A DNA stretch of 64,000 nucleotides from Pecten maximus. Lineage: Eukaryota. Under the pieces are notes generated by a model. It did not search any database. It was not told the origin of the DNA and saw nothing but the letters and a program-made list of their open reading frames with translations. The stretch spans positions 21,328,001 to 21,392,000 of the forward strand of contig NC_047028.1 of the NCBI RefSeq assembly GCF_902652985.1. The letters are read 5' to 3'. Made by a program: the position numbers and the translations under genes. This document shows, piece after piece, positions 36,520 through 47,764 of the stretch (the stretch's first letter is position 1; each line of letters opens with the position of its first letter).

Positions 36520-39064
36520 ATGAAGCCCCAGACGAGATGGAGGATGGTACACTGGGTAGCCCCAGTAGTGGTGTCTGCCCTCATATTCCTAGCGCTGATG
36601 ATGGTCCTAGTATATAATACAGGGGACCACAAACCTCCCGCAAGTATGTCCATATTTAACATTTGTACTTTTGTGTGAAACATAATTCTGAGTTACCTTA
36701 TGCCATCTTTGCATGATTCCTTTGCGACATATTCATACGTAAAGGAGTGTTATCATTGGAAATAGTTTAGATGATTTCCTCTATTATCGCTTTAAAAAGA
36801 TCCCCTTCATTGGAAAATTTATCTAGTTTGATACGAGATTGAAAATTTAGGTTAGAGTTTCGGTTATATCAGTATGTGGAGGTTTCTGTTACCATGTGTT
36901 CATTCCGTCTAGACCTAAGGCTATGTTCTTTAAGTACTTTAAAGAATTTACAAACATTATCAGTTATCGTTTCATCAGTTTATAATATAACACCTGTTTT
37001 GTCTCAGTCAGTGAATTGTCTGTTCACTATTACACGGAATGGACGCTATCACTTTATGCTATGAAAATCAGTATCACAATATTTTCGTTTATAATATACT
37101 GATGAACAACAGTTTGCTTGATTTATCGCCCCATGAGCATCCGTAGTCATTTTAGGTTGTAGTTTGTGACTACCTCACTGAACAACATAATTCTAAAGGT
37201 TACGTGGCCGGCGCTCTAACCGAGTTATCGCGGCCACTCAATAGCCTTAGGCCACTGGTGTGGAATGAACTACATGAATAGTTTTAGGAAAACATAACCT
37301 ATTTTATCTCTTACATTTCAGACCAGACTTTTGATTGCTACACTAAGAAGCAGGCCGCCATTACCTTTCGGAACACCATCGTGATAGAGTGTTTTCTAAA
37401 TACAAGTCAAATAAACCGGACTTTACATTTACGGTTAGTAATGATTGAATCTGAGGAAGAACCAGAAACAGAAATATTTAAATTAGCAGCAAATTCTACA
37501 TTTATCGAGAATCTATGGAATATCACAATTGGTGCCCATGGAAACGATGTGACCTTGACTAGAAGTGCCGTCACGTGTGCAGGAACCGGAAAGTATCGAG
37601 CGGACATCACTATTGGTAGTGAAAGACAGAGTTTAGGTATTGATGTCGAAAGTAAGTTAACAAATTATAATTAAACAGATAAAAGTCACGTGCTTATGTA
37701 TTTTTGAAAACAAAATAAAAATATATATCATATAAGACACAGCTTTACTATAATCGGACTGCGAAGGGATGAATGCGAGATATACATGTACTAGTATATA
37801 GATTGTGCAAGCTCCTATAGAAGCACAATCCGAGATCGTCTAACATTTTATTTGTCGCCAGGTTGTGATAGGGGAATATTTGAGTTTAATAATTTTGAAT
37901 TTCAAGAGAATAAATATTACGTCTTAAAATTGTTCATATCAATTGATAGAAAATCGGGTTTAAGACAAAAATACTTATAATCAAGGTCACATATATGCAC
38001 ATACATGTATGTGTACTAATGTCAGCACATTAGCGATATTTTAGCGACATGTTAACCTTGCAGAAACCTTATTACATGAAATGTTATCATATACCTACGA
38101 CCTGTATCTATTAATTAAATACAGGAGTGTGACAGTAAAACATAAAAAAATGGCGTCCATTCCATTTCCGTATATTTGATGTTTCTTATCAATACCAGCG
38201 ATACTATTTTGTCCATATTAAGTTTGCCTTTAAAATACGGCTGTTGTGTCAGTTTTGGAAATTTTAACTATCGCCAATTTTCGATTTTACAGATATTGTT
38301 GCTGAAACGTCAGTTTCCCTGTCACGTGATACGGGAGATTTGAGCGGGAGTATATCGTACGGAGTAACATGTTCTCTGCGGTCCGGATGTCATCCAGTCC
38401 CTGTTATACTATTGGGTAACCAAGGCAACAGCGTGACGCCCATATATGACGTAAATCTCACGTGCATATCACTGTACAGTAGTGAGGAGGGGTGGACAAT
38501 GGAATGTTCCGGTGTTGTCATGGAGGTTACCTTGAAATCGATGTCGAGGCTGATATGTCGGTCATACCCATCGTACTTGGCACAAGAGTCTTCCATCCCA
38601 ACAAACAGTCTGTTTCTGTCGGGTAAGTCATGGTGAAATTTTCCCTAATATTAATTATGTTATAAATATTAATGTAACAACTGTTTAATGTTATATCCCC
38701 GTTTTGATTGACGTTCTTCTTGAATCCAATATCAAAATGAATACATTAAAAAAAATCGAAAAACGAAATCCTGCATCCCCCCCAATGACAACCACATGTT
38801 TGATAATTTTCCATCCATGTTGTAGGGCCTCCGCATGGTTGCAAGAATTCGGCAATTGGGAGGACGTTCCTGGATCCCTGGAGCTGTAGGGTTTACCATA
38901 GATGTCTCACGGAGTCTGTACTAGTATCACAGTCGTGTAATAAAGACATGCACTTTGACTCACGCACGTGTACTTGCCGGAATATTGATGCAGTTTCTGA
39001 ATGTGACCATAACGGAGAAAGAGGCGGTCGTTCAACGGTTACTTCATGTACTTCCATTGAGTGA
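36520..39064 (+). CDS. N-terminally anchored protein with two Ig-like domains and a C-terminal chitin-binding type 2 (peritrophin-A/CBM14) domain, ~340 aa; start codon uncertain
   Basis: Exons 36520-36643 (hydrophobic WVAPVVVSALIFLALMMVLVY), 37322-37651 and 38293-38622 (each 330 nt, phase 1-1, beta-rich, with VIEC...C.GTGKY and VTC....GCHP...LIC), 38826-39064 (CKNSAIGRTFLDPWSCRVYHRCLTESVLVSQSCNKDMHFDSRTCTCRNIDAVSEC). Total 1023 nt, in frame. Confidence 0.82.
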
Positions 39065-39118
39065 AGATCGGATATGGTTTGAAATCGTAAACAAGACTGA
39101 GAGAGGAAGTTTTAAAAT

Positions 39119-42100
39119 GCAAGGCCTCATAAAGGACGGTGTTAAGTCCTAAACGGCTTCAGATAGGACAATGTAAAGTCGTAAAGGGCTTCAGATAGGA
39201 CGGTGTAAAGTCGTAAAAAGCCTCATAAAGGACAGTGTTAAGTCGTAAAGGGCTTCAGATAGGACGGTGTAAAGCCACACAAGGCTTCAGATAGGACGGT
39301 GTAAAGCCATACAAGGCCTCAGATAGGACGGTGTAAAGTCGAAAAATAGCCTCAGATAGGACGGTGTGAAGCCACACAAGGCCTCGGATAGGACGGTGTA
39401 AAGCCATACAAGGCCTCAGATAGGACGGTGTAAAGCAATACAAGGCCTCAGATAGGACGGTGTAAAACCCTACAACGCCTCAGATAGGACGATGTAAAGC
39501 CGTACAAGGCCTCAGATAGGACGATGTAAAGCAATACGAGGCCTCAGATAGGACGGTGTAAACCCCTACAACGCCTCAGATAGGACGATGTAAAGCCCTA
39601 AAAGGCCTCAGATAGGACGGTGTAAAGCAATACGAGGCCTCAGATAGGACGGTGTAAAGCAATACAAGGCCTCAGATAGGGCGGTGTAAAGCCCTACAAC
39701 GCCTCAGATAGGACGATGTAAAGCTCTAAAAGGCCTCAGATAGGACGGTGTAAAGCCATACAAGGCCTCAGATAAGACGGTGTGAAGCCATACAAGGCCT
39801 CAAATAGGACGGTGTAAAGCCGTACAAGGCCTCAGATAGGACGGAGTAAAGTCATACAAGGCCTCAGGTAGGACGGCGTAAAGCCATACAAGGCCTCAGA
39901 TAGGACGGTGTTAAGCCATACACGGCCTCAGATAGGACGGTGTAAAGCCATACATGGCCTCAGATAGGACGGTGTAAAGCCGTACAAGGCCTCAGATAGG
40001 ACGTTGTAAAGCCATACAAGGCCTCAGGTAGGACAGTGTAAAGCCAAACAAGGCATCAGATAGGACGGAGTAAAGTCATACAAGGCCTCAGGTAGGACGG
40101 CGTAAAGCCATACAAGGCCTCAGATAGGACGGTGTTAAGCCATACACGGCCTCAGATAGGACGGTGTAAAGCCATACATGGCCTCAGATAGGACGGTGTA
40201 AAGCCATACAAGGCCTCAGATAGGATAGTGTAAAGTCATACAAGGCCTCAGATAGGACGGTGTAAAGCCGTACAAGGTCTCAGATAGGATGGTGAAAATT
40301 CGTACAAGGCCTCGGATAGGACGGTGTAAAGCCATACAAGGCCTCAGATAGGACGGTGTAAAGCCGTACAAGGCCTCAGATAGGACGGTGTAAAGTCATA
40401 CAAGGCCTCAGATAGGACGGTGTAAAGCCATACAAGGCCTCAGATAGGACGGTGTAAAGCAATACAAGGCCTCAGATAGGACGGTGTAAAACCCTACAAC
40501 GCCTCAGATAGGACGATGTAAAGCCGTACAAGGCATCAGATAGGACGGAATAAAGTCATACAAGGCCTCAGGTAGGACGGCGTAAAGCCATACAAGGCCT
40601 CAGATAGGACGGTGTTAAGCCATACACGGCCTCAGATAGGACGGTGTAAAGCCATACATGGCCTCAGATAGGACGGTGTAAAGCCGTACAAGGCCTCAGA
40701 TAGGACGTTGTAAAGCCATACAAGGCCTCAGGTAGGACAGTGTAAAGCCAAACAAGGCATCAGATAGGACGGAGTAAAGTCATACAAGGCCTCAGGTAGG
40801 ACGGCGTAAAGCCATACAAGGCCTCAGATAGGACGGTGTTAAGCCATACACGGCCTCAGATAGGACGGTGTAAAGCCATACATGGCCTCAGATAGGACGG
40901 TGTAAAGCCATACAAGGCCTCAGATAGGACGGTGTAAAGCCATACAAGGCCTCAGATAGGACGGTGTAAAGCCGTACAAGGTCTCAGATAGGATGGTGAA
41001 AATTCGTACAAGGCCTCGGATAGGACGGTGTAAAGTCATACAAGGCCTCAGATAGGACGGTGTAAAGCCGTACAAGGCCTCAGATAGGACGGTGTAAAGC
41101 CATACAAGGCCTCAGATAGGACGGTGTAAAGCCATACAAGGCCTCAGATAGGACGGTGTAAAGCAATACAAGGCCTCAGATAGGACGGTGTAAAACCCTA
41201 CAACGCCTCAGATAGGACGATGTAAAGCCGTACAAGGCATCAGATAGGACGGAATAAAGTCATACAAGGCCTCAGGTAGGACGGCGTTAAGCCATACAAG
41301 GCCTCAGATAGGACGGTGTTAAGCCATACACGGCCTCAGATAGGACGGTGTAAAGCCATACATGGCCTCAGATAGGACGGTGTAAAGCCGTACAAGGCCT
41401 CAGATAGGACGTTGTAAAGCCATACAAGGCCTCAGGTAGGACAGTGTAAAGCCAAACAAGGCATCAGATAGGACGGAGTAAAGTCATACAAGGCCTCAGG
41501 TAGGACGGCGTAAAGCCATACAAGGCCTCAGATAGGACGGTGTTAAGCCATACACGGCCTCAGATAGGACGGTGTAAAGCCATACATGGCCTCAGATAGG
41601 ACGGTGTAAAGCCATACAAGGCCTCAGATAGGATAGTGTAAAGTCATACAAGGCCTCAGATAGGACGGTGTAAAGCCGTACAAGGTCTCAGATAGGATGG
41701 TGAAAATTCGTACAAGGCCTCGGATAGGACGGTGTAAAGTCATACAAGGCCTCAGATAGGACGGTGTAAAGCCGTACAAGGCCTCAGATAGGACGGTGTA
41801 AAGTCATACAAGGCCTCAGATAGGACGGTGTAAAGCCATACAAGGCCTCAGATAGGACGGTGTTAAGCAATACAAGGCCTCAGATAGGACGGTGTAAAAC
41901 CCTACAACGCCTCAGATAGGACGATGTAAAGCCGTACAAGGCCTCAGATAGGACGGTGTAAACCCCTACAACGCCTCAGATAGGACGATGTAAAGCCCTA
42001 AAAGGCCTCAGATAGGACGGTGTAAAGCAATACGAGGCCTCAGATAGGACGGTGTAAAGCAATACAAGGCCTCAGATAGGGCGGTGTAAAGCCCTACAAC

Positions 42101-43255
42101 GCCTCAGATAGGACGATGTAAAGCTCTAAAAGGCCTCAGATAGGACGGTGTAAAGCCATACAAGGCCTCAGATAAGACGGTGTAAAGCCGTACAAGGCCT
42201 CAGATAGGACGGTGTAAAGCCATACAAGGCCTCAGATAGGACGGTGTAAAGCCGTACAAGGCCTCAGATAGGACGTTGTAAAGCCATACAAGGCCTCAGG
42301 TAGGACAGTGTAAAGCCAAACAAGGCATCAGATAGGACGGAGTAAAGTCATACAAGGCCTCAGGTAGGACGGCGTAAAGCCATACAAGGCCTCAGATAGG
42401 ACGGTGTTAAGCCATACACGGCCTCAGCTAGGACGGTGTAAAGCCATACATGGCCTCAGATAGGACGGTGTAAAGCCATACAAGGCCTCAGATAGGATAG
42501 TGTAAAGTCATACAAGGCCTCAGATAGGACGGTGTAAAGCCGTACAAGGTCTCAGATAGGATGGTGAAAATTCGTACAAGGCCTCGGATAGGACGGTGTA
42601 AAGTCATACAAGGCCTCAGAAAGGACGGTGTAAAGCCATACAAGGCCTCAGATAGGGCGGTGTAAAGCCCTACAACGCCTCAGATAGGACGGTGTAAAGC
42701 CGTACAAGGCCTCAGATAGGACGGTGTAAAGTCATACAAGGCCTCAGATAGGACGGTGTAAAGCCATACAAGGCATCAGATAGGACGGTGTAAAGCCATA
42801 CAAGGCCTCAGATAGGACGGTGTAAAGCCATACACGGCCTCAGATAGGACGGTGTAAAGCCATACATGGCCTCAGATAGGACGGTGTAAAGCCATACAAG
42901 GCCTCAGATAGGATAGTGTAAAGTCATACAAGGCCTCAGATAGGACGGTGTAAAGCCATACATGGCCTCAGATAGGACGGTGTAAAGCCATACATGGCCT
43001 CAGATAGGACGGTGTAAAGCCATACAAGGCCTCAGATAGGATAGTGTAAAGTCATAAAAGGCCTCAGATAGGACGGTGTAAAGCCGTACAAGGTCTCAGA
43101 TAGGATGGTGTAAAGCCGTACAAGGCCTCAGATAGGACGGTGTAAAGTTATGCAAGGCCTCAAAAAGGACGGTTTGAAGTAGTACAAGGCCTCAGAAAGG
43201 ACGGTTAAAAGTCGTACAGTGTCTCAGATAGAACAATGTAAAGTGGTACAAGACA
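39119..43255. repeat. 32-bp satellite, ~129 monomers, with higher-order structure
   Basis: Monomer caaggcctcagataggacggtgtaaagccata; homogeneous core with diverged edges. Confidence 0.98.
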
Positions 43256-43564
43256 TTTTCCCAGTTTCATAAATCTATATTCATTCATTAACTTAAGAGT
43301 GCCATATGAAAACGTTACATAATTAACGGAATTTTCCTGTTCTAAGGTTTTCCGTTAAATCCACTAATACTGTCCTATGGAAAATCTTAGTTAACTAATT
43401 TCCTTGGAGTTGTGAATGTTAGTGAGACTATAGGGTGTATGTGTGTGGTCTTACCAAGTCTGTTCATGATTAATATCATTACTATCTCTCTCATATCATA
43501 TCATTATCAGAATCAGAGCGGAAGTGATCTCTTAACAATATATAGATACGTATGACCTACACAT

Positions 43565-43692
43565 CGGCAGTCCTCCAGTGATAACACACTCAACATTTCA
43601 CTTACCGCGACCGAGGTTCGATTTTCCGATCGGTGTTGAAAAAAAATGTGTGGTCATCTGCCTGACCAAGTGGGTTTTATTCGGGTACCCAT
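43565..43692 (+). mobile_element. tRNA-derived V-type SINE, truncated
   Basis: B-box ggttcgattttcc, then ggtcatctgcctgaccaagtgggttttattcgggtac, colinear with the 51800 copy. Confidence 0.55.
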
Positions 43693-43926
43693 ATATTACA
43701 CTGAGTGCTTCCCATTCGACGGAAAAGAGATGAAATACACAACATGTTTCAAAATTGTCCTTTTCGATTGTTTTTCAATAAAACATATCTGAGCGAAACC
43801 TTTTATCTTGTGAAATGGATGTTCATTAATACATTTTACCATAAAGGGAACATAATGAATAAATTTCACAAATGGACAACTGTTCTTCATAAAACAGTAT
43901 AGATGAAGATTCTGTGCTTTAAGAAC

Positions 43927-44240
43927 TATGAGGCGCCGTTTATCAAAAAATAGAATTATTGAGAGAGAAAAATCCTGATATAAAAAATAGATGGTAACAA
44001 GGCACCTTTTTTCTATTCATTAATTATGTTTATATAAAGAATTATGTGTTGGTACAATTAAAAAATAATTATTTGATATCAAAAACTCGTTAACATCTTT
44101 GATATATACAATAGGTATAATATTCATGATTTTTTTATTGTTCAAAAACATAATTCTTTATATGAAAATATAATTCTTGATATCATTAAAATCGAATACT
44201 TGATATCAAAAAGCAGTGAGTAGTAAAACGGTGTCTCATA
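43927..44240. mobile_element. IS3EU-like non-autonomous DNA transposon
   Basis: TIRs TATGAGGCGCCGTTT / AAACGGTGTCTCATA; exact 6-bp TSD aagaac (43921-43926 / 44241-44246); internal degenerate ttgatatcaa repeats. Confidence 0.78.
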
Positions 44241-44934
44241 AAGAACTGTCTAGAACTGTATAAAATCCGTTTGATAAAAAGCCAACCAATTCAGGTATTT
44301 GAACATATCATAGGAAGGATTATAAGTTTAATTGTTTAAGATAATTCTGGCTGCTCTTTTCTGAAGGAGGCTATAGTTAGAACTTTTGCCCCAGACAGTA
44401 AATCTGTAATCCAAAACAGTTATATAAAAAGTTATAACGTCAAGATGAATGACTTAAATAAACAGCCTTAAATTAATCCAGAGACTTGTATATCAGATAC
44501 AATACACGTCTCTGCATGATTGATCATTTTAAAAAAAATGACATGATATTTTTACTAATATTTGCGAACTGATAATCCCAACAGAGACAATTATCTACAT
44601 GTTTTGACACTCCTGGCAGTTTCACTCTTTCATTACAATATTTACATAAAGTGACATATAGGCCTAGTTTAGAATATATCTCATCTGTTTAAACTACAGT
44701 GTAATTTCGTCAAAAAAATAATTTCTTACACCTGCCTTTTTTCCGGTTTACATTTCTGACACCCTTTGTTACGCCTTGAAGTTCGAAGTAATCTATTTCT
44801 TTAATTTGGTTGACTTTTACAAAATAGCAGAAATTTCTTTACACGTAGGCTACATGTTGAACGAGTCATACTTGTTCCGACGGTAGTCAATCCCAACTTT
44901 AGAACTCTTCAATGACGGAGGTAAAATCAGCTGT

Positions 44935-47680
44935 GATGTCGGACGTTTCGCCACGAAGGTTCCACAGCAAGACGTTTCGCACCAATATCAGACGGTTCAC
45001 CTCAATAAAAAAAAAATATTAAGAAGAATAACGTTTCACATCAAATAAAAATTAACCAAACTACAATTAATCAGAATAGGCGCTTCCTGTTTTTTCAAGG
45101 AGAAAAGATAAGATGAAAAACAGTTAAGGCGCATCCAAACAGCGAATCCAGTCAAAATAATGATATTTTACAAGCCTATATACTATACTAGCATGCAGTT
45201 TAACAGAAGTAATATGATTAAGTCATAATACAAATGTATGTATCATGGCTAACCATGGGACTTGCTGTTGACATGTAATTTGTTGAGCTGTTTGTAAATT
45301 TCAACAAAACACACGAAAAATGCAATTTCAAGGTGGGCATAATTAGCTTATTTTTATCGCATATATTGCACAAAATAGTCATCTGTCGATTTGCTCACAA
45401 GAGCTTAAAGGACAAAATAGGAGCATTGTTTTGACCAGATTTGTATGGTCTGTTAGGGCCAAATTTCCAATATTGCTCCTTCGCTCCTTCGACCTTAACG
45501 CGTTTGGCGTCTTTTTTTTTTTTCTTTTTTTTTTTTTTAGAAATACCGTGTATAAATATTTTAACCCAAACTCAACGGTTGAACTTCTTACCATGTCTAT
45601 AGTTCTTTATATTGTCCAATCATAGCTTCTTATATGCCATATTGAGTGATTTCATTCATAACTGCCATTTGCGTTTCAAGGTCAACATAAAAACAGTGTT
45701 TATACCACCGGCGTCTGTTTCTGGTTAGTATTAATAGAAACATATGAAGGTTTATACATATTATTAAGTCAAATCTATGGTGTTCTGTTAGGGCTAAATT
45801 TCCAATATTGCTCCTCCGCTCCTTCGACGTAAACGTGAACTAGCAAAGGAGCGAAAACACGATGACGAAGGAGCGAAGAAGCCAAATAGCGAAGGAGCGA
45901 AAACACGATGGCGAAGGAACGATGGAACACCATAGATTTGACTTTATAATATGCATAAACCATCATAGTTCTTGCTATTGATACTAATGATATAGGTTCA
46001 CTTTTATTGATTGAAATGTCTCCCTTTATGCCATATTTGTGCAATATTTTTTACAAACGTCATTTGCATTTCAAAATCAAAACAAAATAAGTGTTTATAC
46101 GTACATTATTAATATATAAAGTCAAATCCGGTCAAACAAATGCTCCTACCCTGTGCTATATAGACACTTATGAGCATAACAGCCTGGCTATATTTCAGGT
46201 TTGGTTATTTGTGTGACTTAGAATTATTCCATGCTAAATCTTAACACAAAGTAACTCTATAGAAAAAAAACTTAGCATCTATAGGAAATTATTGATTTTA
46301 TTTAAAAAACAAAAAAAACAACAAAACTTACATGTTGGATCGTCAAAATGCCTTATTCATTATGGGGTATCATGACGTCACGGTATTGCTTTTTACTTTA
46401 AAATGTTATATTTTTTCGAGCTGACAAACTGAGTAGGTGTACATGTACATGTATGTAAGGTAGGTATTATTAAATCCGTGATGAAGTCTTTTCATTTTAT
46501 TTCTTATACTGCGACTTTCATTACAAATTTGTTACTAACGCAAAGTTCAAAGTTCAAGGCTTAGGCAATCCAGGGGGAAAATGGAAATCATTAAATATTT
46601 TCACGGGAAAAATGAGTGTAAATACGCGGTATCGAGCCCATTTTCAATACTTTCTCTTATCGATAAATAACGTTTTTTCATAATGATGTTCGTTTGTCCA
46701 ATATGACAAATCTAATTCTTGATTCGCAGTATTTATACACTATTCAGTCTGATCAGTGTTTGATGTAAGGTCGCGCACGTGCCTGCATGATTGGCATGTG
46801 ATTTGTGTTGATAGCTTTTGAGTGTAAGTATGGAAACCGGTACGACATGCTAAAAGCAAAATGCTTAATGTTAAATACCAAATGATACATGCTAATTGCT
46901 TTATTCGAAATGCTTTCTAGACCTAAAAGACGGAAACTATCCACTTTGAAGCAAACAATGGTCGCTTTGCTTACAGCTGATCCTTTTGGTTCGATTAATG
47001 CTCAATTACAAAGGATTTCTGCATTAAAAATTCGTATAAAGAATTTCGCAAAAAGCATTAAGCATGTCGTACCGGCTTTCCATATGTTAGTTCCCGGCGC
47101 AATATATATGTATACCGCGCGGACACCCATGATTGACATGAAACATGTTCTTTCAAGTTATTTTAAATGTTGTAATGGATATCTTATAATAAGCCGTAAT
47201 TCGTATAGCATATCAGAGACATATATATGTCTCTGAGCATATGCATGATTTAAATGACATACAACTGTATCCTATAGACGTAATAGCTGTGGTATCAGAA
47301 ACATATATATACATGTATACATGTTTCTGGTGGTACAGTATATAGAAATGGTTTAAATGACATATCATATTCCTGGAGTGCCATCGTGAGTGCGTAATGT
47401 CTTAGAAATTAACTAAATTAATTATCTCGTGCACATGTACATGTATATATTACCTTATCGACGTATGGTTTATTTTCAGTGTCGGTTTCCGTTTGTCGGA
47501 GCTGTATAGGGAATGTATTTCCCTTTTAACTGTTTCTGTTGCTGTCATCGTTGCCGTAACAGACATGCAGTTTTATTAGAAATAAATAATGGATGCGAAG
47601 TGCGAATGTCGTGGTGCGATTTGTTTTCTGGGACGAAACGTCGTGGTACGAACCGGCTTTGGGGCGAAACGTCACGTTAC
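44935..47680. mobile_element. MuDR/MULE-like non-autonomous element (2.75 kb) with a nested foldback insert
   Basis: G...C termini with subterminal GACGTTTCGC repeats (left) and GCGAAACGTC repeats (right); flanking 9-mer (a/c)tcagctgt at 44926-44934 and 47681-47689; nested inverted and direct repeats ~45400-46155. Confidence 0.7.
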
Positions 47681-47764
47681 CTCAGCTGTCTACCGTCTAA
47701 CCACGATACCGTGTGTACTTATGTAAGCTCGTGATATTATGCTACAGAACTTTATGCTGAAACT

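Noticed and set aside
39119-43255. CRISPR-like array or repetitive protein exon
   Set aside because: No unique spacers, eukaryotic context, and a 32-bp unit that is not a multiple of 3 with frequent stops.
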